This document shows positions 49,815 through 60,792 of a stretch of DNA of 64,000 nucleotides, in pieces (positions within the stretch are counted from its first letter, which is position 1; the number at the start of each line of letters is the position of its first letter). Under the pieces are notes generated by a model that was given only the letters and a program-made list of their open reading frames with translations, was not told where the DNA came from and did no database searches. Both the position numbers and the translations under genes were made by a program. This DNA is from Squalus acanthias (lineage: Eukaryota), in contig CM059432.1 of NCBI GenBank assembly GCA_030390025.1, forward strand, positions 108,874,001 to 108,938,000. Reading direction: 5' to 3'.

Positions 49815-51887
49815 AAAATGAGAAGTCGCACAACACCAGGTTATAGTCCAACAGATTTATTTAAAATTACAAGCTTTCGGAGCTATCGCCCCTTCTTCAA
49901 GTACAGTTACAATGAGTGAATCTACAAAAGTTCACAGAATATAAACACAGAAAATGCAGAGATACAATCTTTCCTTACATCAAAGACACACCAAGAGCAC
50001 AGCCAAGACAATGAGATGTGTCCCAGGGGGTCCAACGTGTCAAATCCTGCTGTCTGTAGCAGATCTCTCTCCATATCCCTTCCTCTCTCTCCGTCTTTTT
50101 TGGAGTTTGTTTTTTGTGTTTGTTTTTTTGTGTTTGTTTTTTAAAAACTGGAAAGACAGACAACGATGTCAAGTCATGTTCTGTAGCGTGACATGAACCC
50201 GATATCGCTATTGAGGCCATCCTCATGAGTGCGGAACTTGGCTATCAGTTTCTGCTCGATGATTTTGCGTTGTCGTGTGTCTCGAAGGCTGCCTTGGAGA
50301 ACGCTAACCCGCAGATCCGAGGCTGAATGCCCTTGACTGCTGAAGTGTTCCCCGACTGGGAGGCAACCATCCTGCCTGCCGATTGTTGCGCGGTGTCCGT
50401 TCATACGTTGTCTCAGTGTCTGCATGGTCTCGCCGATGTACCATGCTCTGGGGCATCCTTTCCTGCAACGTATCAGGTAGACAACGTTGGCCGAGTCACA
50501 TGAGTATGTACCATGTACCTGGTGGGTAGTGTCCTCGCGTGTGATGACGGTATCTGTGTTCATGATCTGGCATGTCTTGCAGAGGTTGCCGTGGCAGGGT
50601 TGTGTGGTGTCGTGGTCGCTGTTCTCCTGACAGCTGGGTAATTTGCTGCGAACGATGGTACTTTTGAGGTTAGGCGGCTGCTTGAAGGCGAGTAGTGGAG
50701 GCGTGGGGATGGCCTTAGCAAGGTGTTCGTCATCATCGATGACATGTTGAAGGCTGCGAAGAACATGGCGTAGTTTCTCCGCTCCGGGGAAGTACTGGAC
50801 GACGTAGGGTACTCTGTTGGTTGTGTCCCGTGTTCGCCTTCTGAGGAGGTCTATGCGGTTTTTCGCTGTGGCCCGTCGGAACATCGTCCAGTACTTCCCC
50901 GGAGCGGAGAAACTACGCCATGTTCTTTGCAGCCTTCAACATGTCATCGATGACGACGAACACCTTGCTAAGGCCATCCCCACGCCTCCACTACTCGCCT
51001 TCAAGCAGCCGCCTAACCTCAAAAGTACCATCGTTCGCAGCAAATTACCCAGCTGTCAGGAGAACAGCGACCACGACACCACACAACCCTGCCACGGCAC
51101 CCTCTGCAAGACATGCCAGATCATGAACAAAGATACCGTCATCACACGCGAGGACACTACCCACCAGGTACATGGTACATACTCATGTGACTCGGCCAAC
51201 GTTGTCTACCTGATACGTTGCAGGAAAGGATGCCCCAGAGCACGGTACATCGGCGAGACCATGCAGACACTGAGACAACGTATGAACGGACACCGCGCAA
51301 CAATTGCCAGGCAGGATGGTTGCCTCCCAGTCAGGGAACACTTCAGCAGTCAAGGGCATTCAGCCTCGGATCTGCGGGTTAGCGTTCTCCAAGGCGGCCT
51401 TCGAGACACACGACAACGCAAAATCATCGAGCAGAAACTGATAGCCAAGTTCCGCACTCATGAGGACGGCCTCAATAGGGATATCGGGTTCATGTCACGC
51501 TACAGAACATGACTTGACATCGTTGTCTGTCTTTCCAGTTTTTAAAAAACAAACACAAAAAACAAACCCCAAAAAAGACGGAGAGAGAGGAAGGGATATG
51601 GAGAGAGATCTGCTACAGACAGCAGGATTTGACACATTGGATCCCCTGGGACACATCTCATTGTCTTGGCTGTGCTCTTGGTGTGTCTTTGATGTAAGGA
51701 AAGATTGTATCTCTGCATTTTCTGTGTTTATATTCTGTGAACTTTTGTAGATTCACTCATTGTAACTGTACCTGAAGAAGGGGCGATAGCTCTGAAAGCT
51801 TGTAATTTTAAATAAATCTGTTGGACTATAACCTGGTGTTGTGCGACTTCTCATTTTTGTCCACCCCAGTCTTGCATCTCCGCATCA
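49815..51887. mobile_element. 2.07-kb palindromic PLE-B insertion: two divergent GIY-YIG/pLTR copies; HHR at 51769-51804 (+)
   Basis: ORFs 50174-50884 (-) and 50884-51512 (+) with PCHGxLCKTC linker and NVVYLIRC..YIGET; TSD TGAGTTATGTCA (49803-49814, 51888-51899). Confidence 0.93.
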
Positions 51888-52625
51888 TGAGTTATGTCAG
51901 GTTGGGGAGTGGCATGCCCCAAGGCTTGATGTTAGGGCTGCTACTGTTTCTCATTTACATGCATGACCTAGACTTAGAAACTCAATGTAAAGTGGTCACA
52001 TTTGCTGATGATACCAAACTGGGAGTATCAATGGAATCAGAGGAAGCAGCTCAGAAATTACAGAATGAGTTTGAAAAAAAATAAGGTGGGCAGATCAATG
52101 GCTGATCAAATTTAATACAGACAAGTGCAAAGTACTGCACATTGGATGAAAAAATAAGCAACATGCATATTCCAGGCATGGTGTTGAAATAGCTGAGGTT
52201 GAAGCTGAAACAGACCTAGTAGTCTTACTAGAATCAAGCTCATCATATCCAACCAATGCAGAGCAGCAATCATGCAAGCCGATTAGAGTTGAATTACATT
52301 GCCAAAATAGTAGAGTATAGGTCAGAAGAATTTGTGATCAAACTGTACAGTGCTCTTGTCAGACCAAACCGTGAGTACTGTGCACAGTTCTGGTAGTTGA
52401 CACACAAGGGAGACTTTCAAGAGGTGGAGGCAGTGCAGAGAACAGCCACGAGGCTGATCTCTAATGTGAGAGGTCTGAAGTATGAAGAAAGATTGGAGAA
52501 ACTTGAACTTTTCAGGAGACATTAGGGGAGTAATCTAATAGAGGTATATGATATAGTTAAAGAATGAAAAAGGTAAATCCATTTTAAATTAATTGCGAGG
52601 GTAGGACAAGGGGACACACATTCAA

Positions 52626-53803
52626 ACGATAGCAAAATACTGCGGATGCTGGAAATCCGAAATAACAACAGAAAACGCTGGAAAAACTCAGCAGGCCAGG
52701 CAGCATCCGTGGAGAGAGAAAGAGAGTTAACGTTTCAGGTCGATGACCTTTCATCAGAACTGGGAAGAGCCGGAAATCAAATAGATTTAAGGCCAGGGTA
52801 AAGCTGGGAAAAGGGGGAGGGGATAAAGGAACAAAGGGGGAGATGGAGAGACATTAAGAGACATTAAGAGATATGCAAGGCTAGAGGTGGTGTTAATGTG
52901 ACAGATTAAGGCTGAATGAAGTGTGAAATCCACTGGCAGAATGAAGGACAGCTGCCAGCTTCTAGGAGGAAAAAAAAGGTGGGGGGGGACAAATAAAAGG
53001 GTGGATAAAATAAAATATAAATGTGATTGGAGCTGAGGTTATGATCTAAAATTGTTGAACTCGATATTGAGTCCAGAGGGCTGTAGCGTGCCTAAACGAA
53101 AGATGAGGTGCTGTTCCTCGAGCTTACGCTGAGCTTCCGTGGAACAGTGTAATAGGCCGAGGACGGTGAGGTCAGAGTGGGAGTGAAGCGGTGAATTAAA
53201 GTGACAGGCCACCGGGAGCTCGGGGTCCCCCTTACGGACTGAACGGAGGTGTTCCGCAAAGCGGTCACCCAATCTGCGTTTGGTCTCCCCAATGTAGAGG
53301 AGTCCACATCGTGAGCAGCGAATACAGTATACTAAATTGCAGGAAGTACAAGTAAATCGCTGTTTCACCTGGAAGGGGTGTTTGGGGCCCTGGACAGTGG
53401 GAAGAGGGGAGGTATAAGGGCATGTGTTGCATCTCCTGCGCGTGCACGGGAAGGTGCCGGGCGAAGGGGAAGGGGTGCTGGGGGTGGTAGAGGAGTGGAC
53501 TAGGGTGTCGCGGAGGGAGCGGTCCCTGCGGAATGCTGAAAGGGGAGGTGAGGGGAAGATGTGTTTGGTGGTGGGATCACGCTGGAGGTGGCGGAAATGG
53601 CGGAGGATGATCCGTTGAATGTGGAGGCTGGTGGGGTGAAAGGTGAGGACAAGGGGAACCCTATCGTGGTTCCGGGAGGGAGGGGCAGGGGTGAGGGCAG
53701 ATGTGCGGGAGATAGAACGGACACGGTCGAGGGCCGTGTCGACCACGGTAGAGGGGAATCCTCGGTTGAGGAAAAAGGAAGACATATCGGAAGCACTGGT
53801 ATG
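52626..53803 (-). mobile_element. PLE-A, 5'-truncated, open GIY-YIG frame (53039-53803), pLTR and tail; HHR at 52725-52761
   Basis: PCTRRRCNTC linker, NLVYCIRCSRCGLLYIGET; TSD CACACATTCAA (52615-52625, 53804-53814). Confidence 0.93.
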
Positions 53804-54576
53804 CACACATTCAATCCAGGTTGAGTAATAATATATTAAAAATCTTACATCTCTGCATACTTCTTGTCTACTTTACTTCCCGTTGTTCCATTTTAAATTC
53901 CTATGTCTACCTTTATACTGGAAACTGCCTATGTAAACTTGTCACACTGTAATTACACCCTCCTGCAAGTTGTGGTGCTGCAGTGCCTCAGTGTTGTGTC
54001 TCCCAGCTCTTCAGTCTGCACTGCAGTGAAACTCCTATGTTCCAAATAACTCTACTTCTCTACTCCCAAGTTGCTGAAAGTTTTGCTATTTAATTATAAA
54101 TTATCATGTCAAATCAAAGTATTATAACAAAATAAGAACTGATGATATAACCATAATGTTTACAAAATTGCAGTAACAAGCACTGCAAAAATTACCTGGT
54201 CATTTATCTCATTGGTGTTTGTGGGACCTTACTGGGAGCCACACGATCGAGGCACTACAGCACCACAACTTGCAAGCAGGTGTAATTACAGCACAAGTTT
54301 ACATAGAGAGTTTTCATTATAAATGTGGACATAGGAATTTAAAACGGGAAAAGTTGACAACAGGAAGTAAGGTAGATTGGTGCAAATTGGCTGCTATGGT
54401 TCCCTACAAAAGAACAGTGACTACACTTAAAAAGTAATTCATTGGCAGTGAAGTGCTTTGCAATGTCCTGAGGGCGTAAAAGGTAGTGCAGTCCCCATTG
54501 CTTATAGTGGGTGCGTTCGTCTGAACGCGATTTGCCTCCTATACGTCGTGACTGGTATAACAGCTGAAGTGAAGCC

Positions 54577-56816
54577 AGAAATAACAACAGAAAACGCTGG
54601 AAAAACTCAGCAGGCCAGGCAGCATCCGTGGAGAGAGAAACAGAGTTAACGTTTCAGGTCGAAGACCTTTCGTCAGAACTGGAAAAAAACAGGAAATGAA
54701 ATAGGTTTAAAGCAAGTATAAAGCTGGGAAAAGGGGGAGGAGATAAAAGAACAAAAGGAGAGATTAAGAGACATTGAGAGACATTAAGAGATAATCAAGG
54801 GAAGAGGAGGTGTTAATGTGACAGGTTGAGGCTAAAAGAAGTGTGAAATGCACTGGCAGAATGAAGGACAGCTGCCAGCTTCTAGGAGGGGGAAAAAAAA
54901 GGGGGGGCCAAACAAAAGGGTGGATGAAAAAATGAAATATAAATGTGATAGGGACCGAGGTTATGATCTGAAATTGTTGAACTCGATGTTGAGTCCAGAG
55001 GGCTGTAGGGTGCCTAAACGAAAGATGAGGTGCTGTTCCTCGAGCTTACGCTGAGCTTCCATGGAACAGTGTAATAGGCCGAAGACGGTGAGTTCAGAGT
55101 GGGAGTGGAGCGAAGAATTAAAGTGACAGGCCACCGGGAGCTCGGGGTCCCCCTTACGGACTGAACGGAGGTGTTCCGCAAAGCGGTCACCCAATCTGCG
55201 TTTGGTCTCCCCAATATAGAGGAGACCACATCGTGAGCAGCGAATACAGTATACTAAATTGCAGGAAGTACAAGTAAATCGCTGTTTCACCTGGAAGGGG
55301 TGTTTGGGGCCCTGGACAGTGGGAAGAGGGGAGGTATAAGGGCATGTGTTGCATCTCCTGCGCTTGTACGGGAAGGTGCCGGGCGAAGGGGAAGGGGTGC
55401 TGGGGGTGGTAGAGGAGTGGACTAGGGTGTCGTGGAGGGAGCGGTCCCTTCGGAATGCTGAAAGGGGAGGTGAGGGGAAGATGCGTTTGGTGGTGGGGTC
55501 ACGCTGGAGGTGGCGGAAATGGCGGCGGATGATTCGTTGAATGTGGAGGCTGGTGGGGTGAAAGGTGAGGACAAGGGGAACTCTATCGTGGTTCCGGAAG
55601 GGAGGGGCAGGGGTGAGGGCAGAAGTGCGGGAGATAGAACGGACACGGTCGAGGGCCGTGTCAACCACAGTAGAGGGGAATCCTCGGTTGAGGAAAAAGG
55701 AAGACATGTCGGAAGCACTGGTATGGAAGTTGGTATCGTCAGAGCAGATGCAGCGGAGACGGAGAAACTGGGAGAATGGAATAGAGTCCTTACAGGAGGC
55801 GGGGTGGGAGGAAGTGTAGTCCAGGTGGCTGTGGGAGTCAGTGGGCTTGTAGTGAATGTTAGTCAATAACCTATCCCCAGAGATGGAGATGGAGAAGTCG
55901 AGGAAGGGAAGGGAAGAGTCGGAGATGGACCATGTGAAGGTGAGGGAAGGGTGGAAATTGGAAGCATAGTGAATGAAATGTTCTAGTTCAGGGCGAGTGC
56001 AGGAGACGGCACCGATAGTCATCAATGTACTGGAAAAAGAGGTGAGGGAGCGTACCCGAATAGGACTGGAACAAAGAGTGTTCCACATATCCCACGAAAA
56101 GGCAGGCATAGATAGGACCCATGCGGGTACCCATAGCAACACCTTTGATTTGGAGGAAATGGGTGGAGTCAAAGGAGAAGTTGTTCAATGTGAGAACAAG
56201 TTCAGCCAGGCGGAGGAGGGTGGTGGTGGATGGGGACTGGTTGGGCCTCTGTTCAAGGAAGAAGCGGAGCGCCCTCAAGCCATCCTGGTGGGGAATGGAG
56301 GTGTAGAGGGATTGTACGTCCATAGTGAAAAGGAGGCGGTTGGGGCCAGGAAACTGGAAACTGTTAAAGTGGCGGAGGGCGTCGGAAGAGTTGCGGATGT
56401 AGGTGGGAAGAGACTGGACAAGGGGAGAAAAAATAGAGTCGAGATAGGAAGAGATAAGTTCCGTGGGGCAAGAACAGGCTGAAACGATGGGTCTACCAGG
56501 GCAGTCCTGTTTGTGGATCTTGGGAAGGAGGTAGAAGCGGGCTGTGCAGGGTTGGGGAACTATGAGGTTTGCTGCCGTAGGGGGAAGATCTCCAGAGGAG
56601 ATGAGGTCAGTGACGGTCTTGGAAATGGTGGTTTGATGTTCGGTAGTGGGGTCATGGTCCAGGTGGAGGTAGGAGGAGGTGTCGGAGAGTTGGCGTTCAG
56701 CTTCCGCTAGGTAGAGGTCGGTACGCCAGGAAGACATGTCGGAAGCACTGGTATGGAAGGTGGCATCGTCAGAGCAGATGCGGCGGAGACGGAGAAACTG
56801 GGAGAATGGAATAGAG
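54577..56816 (-). mobile_element. PLE-A (Neptune-like) RT plus GIY-YIG, 5'-truncated, one frameshift; HHR at 54644-54680
   Basis: FYLLPKIHK..GRPIVS, TMDVQSLYTSIP, QIKGVAMGT, YIDD, FLD; Cys-rich linker before GIY-YIG; frameshift ~56015. Confidence 0.95.
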
Positions 56817-57399
56817 GCCAGAGCTGCCTCCCCAATATCAATATTAAATTTAACAACACTCGGCAAAAAATTAACAAACGCAGCAGACAGTCGGTACATG
56901 TTCTTGTATTCAGATCATTATTCAAACACATTCTCAGGTATTTAATATTTAATTTTAAATTGGAGCTGAAATGTGTTAAGCTCAGCAAGCCAGCCAGACG
57001 GGTTCGAAGTAGTGGCAGGAGTTCTAGAGGCTTTTTAAAGTAATTTCCTCTTGTTAAACTTCAACTAACATTTTTTTTCAGTGAGGTAAAATGAATTCAG
57101 GAATGTTTAAAACAAAAGTCCTGCTTGCAAACAGTGATAACTTAATGACAGATAATCGCAAAGTGCAGCAGCTGCTGAACTACCCGAAATAGTTGGCGCA
57201 GTTAATATGGTTTAAGCGGAACCTTTGTAATTGATGCCTATGGTAATGGCAAATGGTTAGAGCCATTTGCTCGATATAGGCGGCTGTCCGGGACAAGTGC
57301 AGATGGTGTAAGTGGTGGGGACTTCCTATAAATGCAAGTTGTTTGTAGCAAATTCTTACTTTTCTCAGACAAATTCCATTTTCAGGAAGTGGTAGCCAT

Positions 57400-57565
57400 A
57401 TTAGTATATCCCTGTTATTGTATATTTGTATATCCTTTTTTGGAATATTAGTCTATTCCTGTCATTGTACATTAATCTATCCCTGTTATTGTATATTAGT
57501 ATATTTTTGTTATTGTATATATTAATATATCCCTTTATTGCATATTAGTCTATCCCTGTTATTGT
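57400..57565. repeat. Degenerate AT-rich tandem repeat, ~24-nt unit ATATTAGTNTATCCCTGTTATTGT
   Basis: About 7 imperfect units visible. Confidence 0.8.
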
Positions 57566-57624
57566 TCCTTTTTTTATTACCAACTTTTGGGCTCACAAAC
57601 TGGAAGTTGGCAAATAAAGACCAT

Positions 57625-58481
57625 GGCCCATATTTTCCGATCCCTACGGGTGGGTACGAGCTGTGTCCATGCCCGTAGGGACCTCGCAAGTGCTGGTTTC
57701 AGGCATGCGAAGCGCATGCGTTGAAAACCGGCACTTCCGATCTGTCCAGAATTCTCTGGACAGATCGGACGCCTGCCCTGGAGAAGGGCCTCTGCGGGTG
57801 AAGAGTTCCACTTTCTGCAGAACCTCCGCCCACTGAAATCCCTTAAAAATCTTACGAGCATAAAAGTTTTAAAAAAGTAAAAAAAAAAAAATTTCACTCA
57901 TTTATAATTTTAAAATACTTTTATAAAGTGTAAGTTTATTTTTAGCCCTGTAAAAAACTTTAATTTTTTTTAAATAATTTTAAAAACATGATTTAAAAAA
58001 AAAAATTATTTAATGTGTTGATGTGATTTTTGAGTGATCCCCATTCATACTTTTGACATAAAAACAGAAAATGCTGGAGATACTCAGCAGGTCAGGCCAG
58101 CAACCTGAAACGTTAACTCTGTTTCTCTCTTCACAGATGCTGCCTGACCTGCTGAGTATCTCCAGCATTTTCTGTTTTTATTTCAGATTTCCAGCATCTG
58201 CAGTATTTTCTTTTCATACTTTTGACATGTCTAAGCTGAGAGACCTGTGAAAAGTATGAAGGGGGGTTCTCTTCTTTGATTGGTTGCCCATGGCCCACGT
58301 GATCCCAGGGACGCTTGCGAACAGCATGCACCCCTGGGATACCTGGGCCCTGCGCATTTCGTAGAGCAGAGGCCCAGGAGCGGAAATGTCCGGACCTCTG
58401 GAGCCCTCAGGTAAGAGTGTAGATTTTTTCCAGATCGGAGGCCTCCGCACACAGGAAGCCTCCGATTGGAAAATACGGGCC
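57625..58481. mobile_element. Harbinger-type MITE
   Basis: TIRs GGCCCATATTTTCC / GGAAAATACGGGCC, CAT duplication. Confidence 0.8.
58060..58212. mobile_element. Fold-back PLE-A mini-insertion inside the MITE
   Basis: Arms 58058-58097 / 58142-58181, tail to 58212, TSD TTCATACTTTTGACAT (58044-58059, 58213-58228). Confidence 0.9.
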
Positions 58482-58944
58482 CATATCTTCACCCCCTCAA
58501 AAATTGACCTCCAGACCACGAAATACTAGATCTGTCCTGACTTAGTTGATCTCAACCAGGGTTGTGGTAGTGGGTACTAAAATTGGCCTCTGTGCTCATG
58601 GAATAGAGATGGTAAATTCAGTCAGGGATCCTGGTGCTGATCACTATTGGGTGAGGACAGGATTGGACTCTGCTGCAGTGCCTCCCACAGTGGAATAGCC
58701 TGCTGACGGTCCGAGCCAAAATTCACATGAAAATAGCGGACACGTGGGTGGGATAACGAAGTGTTGTCATTGCCCGTGAAGCTGTACTCCAAAGGAAAAA
58801 GACAACAGCTTCAGGCGAGAATGAGAGAAAACTGGCGAAAGAAAATAAGAGTTAGCTAAAATAATGATTATTTATGATGCCTTAAGCTTATTCTGTGCGT
58901 ATTCAACATTACATTTATCATGACTGTGTCTTTATTCACCACAG

Positions 58945-59138
58945 CTACCTCATCCCTGAATTCCCAAATACAGCAACTTCAACATCTTCAGCAGCTCCAA
59001 CAGCAACAGCAACAAGGACAGCAACAGCACCAACAGAACCACCAGCTGCCTGGCCAGCAGGCATCATCCCCTCAAAAACAAAGCCAGTCCCCAGGGCAAG
59101 GCCTCCAGTCACCACTGACTCCAACCAATCCCCTTCAG
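58945..59138 (+). CDS. POU6F2: Internal coding exon of POU class 6 homeobox 2 (Q-rich N-terminal region)
   Basis: Acceptor tctttattcaccacag, donor CAG|gtatgg, phase 1 to 0. Peptide ATSSLNSQIQQLQ...SSPQKQSQSPGQGLQSPLTPTNPLQ matches recalled human ATSSLNSQLQQLQ...SSPPQKPSQSPGHGLPSPLTPPNPLQ. Confidence 0.9.
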
Positions 59139-60119
59139 GTATGGCAATTTAACCCAACTGTGCAAAAAAAAGTGTGTCCTGTAAATGATGATGTTGCTTC
59201 TAACCGGTTATGTTGGAATATGCTTGAATTAGTTTCCACTGAGAGTTTCAGGTAAATTCAGATTTAACTAACAGAACCTCATTAACTTCAAACATCAGAT
59301 CAGAGTCACTTCAATTCCTAAGCCAAAGTCTGTGGTTAAATGAAAACTTACTTCAGCTCAAGAAAAATTGTGTCAGTTACTGGTTTCTATTTCTTGAGAC
59401 AGATTTTGATTCTGGCACATTGCAAGGAAGTGAGAACACCACACTGCATTTATATGAAGTTCCGTAGAAAAAGAGCAGCATATAGGGTGAATAAACTTCT
59501 TCTGTTGGATTAGCTCATCGGGGGCCATTGATTCTTGGCCTACATTGGCAACATCACAATGGTTTTGTGACAAATCCAAGCTAATAGGTGGAGCAATTCT
59601 CGAGTGAACGCATGTAAGTCATTGGCATTTAACACTGTTACATTGATCAGGGAATAGAACTCTTGTTGTATTAAATTGCAGAAAAGTTCAACATGCTGGC
59701 TAATTTACTCAGGCACATAGTCTACCCACACAAGTGGGCCTTTCATCCAGAAGTCACACACATGATTTTTTGTGAGGACAGATACTGGATAAAGGACATC
59801 TTTGTACAGCAAATAAAAAAAAGGGCACAGCTAAAGAACTTTGCAGATCAGGTATCAGGATATTTACAGTGTTTTCTTGTCAGCTGCCATATTTATACCC
59901 TTTTCATCATCCTGCTAGACCACCAGATTGTGGCAAGAAACAACAGGAGGATGGTTCCGAAAACTTCAGAGCTGCTTCAACAGCCTGTGTTTTCAGACTG
60001 GTCGCCTCTCATGTGGAAGGGAAGTTACAGCCCCTAATGCATCCAGCTTCAGGGTGACTCCTTAACAAGAGAGACTGAAAGCCTGCAGTCAGTAAGATGA
60101 GTTGATGTGTATGATCATT

Positions 60120-60365
60120 AGTGAGAAGTCGCACAACACCAGGTTATAGTCCAACAGTTTTATTTGAAATCACAAGCTTTCGGAGCGCTGCTCCTTTGTC
60201 AGGTGAAGTGAAGGAATACGAATACGATTCGTATTCCTTCACTTCACCTGACGAAGGGGCAGCAGCTCCGAAAGCTTGTGATTTCAAATAAAACTGTTGG
60301 ACTATAACCTGGTGTTGTGCGACTTCTCACTTTTGTCCACCCCAGTCCAACACCGGCATCTCCGC
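60120..60365. mobile_element. Palindromic PLE-B mini-insertion; HHR at 60244-60281 (+)
   Basis: Arms 60120-60223 / 60227-60331, tail 60332-60365, TSD GTGTATGATCATT (60107-60119, 60366-60378). Confidence 0.92.
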
Positions 60366-60475
60366 GTGTATGATCATTGCCATGGGAAAGTGTTTCCACA
60401 AATTCTTAGATGCATAAAGTTTTACCGAGGGTCCTTTACTGGTGACTTCAGTCACTTTGACACCAGTAGCTCAAT

Positions 60476-60792
60476 TAAACTATTTCTTCTGGTGGGGAAA
60501 TCAAGAATGAGGGGACATAATCCTAAAATTAAAGCCAGGCCATTCAGGAATAAAATCAGGAAGCACTTTTTCACACAAAGGGTAGTAAGAATCTGGAACT
60601 CTCTCCCCCAAAAGGCTGTGGATGCTTGGACAGTTGGAGCTTTCAAGACTGAGATCAATAGATTTTTGTTAGGTAAGGGATATTTAGGGAGCAAAGGTGG
60701 GTAAATGGAGTTGAGGTACAGATCAGCCATGGTCTAATTGAATGGCGGAACAGGCTTGAGATGCTGAATGGCCTACGCCTGTTCCTAGGTTC
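60476..60792 (+). mobile_element. CR1 LINE 3' fragment
   Basis: KLFLLVGKSRMRGH..FFTQRVVRIWNSLP plus UTR. Confidence 0.85.

Larger units (their letters stand above)
48690..52625 (+). mobile_element. Degraded CR1 ORF2 hosting SINE and PLE insertions
   Basis: Scattered remnants (caacatggattcag, gatttccaaaaggcacttgacaaagt, SGMPQGLMLG..FADDTKL). Confidence 0.7.

Noticed and set aside
49815..51887. Palindrome as an assembly fold-back artefact
   Set aside because: Arms differ at several sites, one end has a tail, and a 12-bp TSD flanks it, as in three other loci
55988..56899. Telomerase-like or host RT gene
   Set aside because: PLE RT linked to GIY-YIG and pLTR; the N-terminus is read-through from flanking DNA
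58920..59255. 111-aa stand-alone ORF, or a FOXP-family polyQ exon
   Set aside because: Splice sites bound the conserved part, and the anchors match POU6F2, not the FOXP QVPVSVAMM motif
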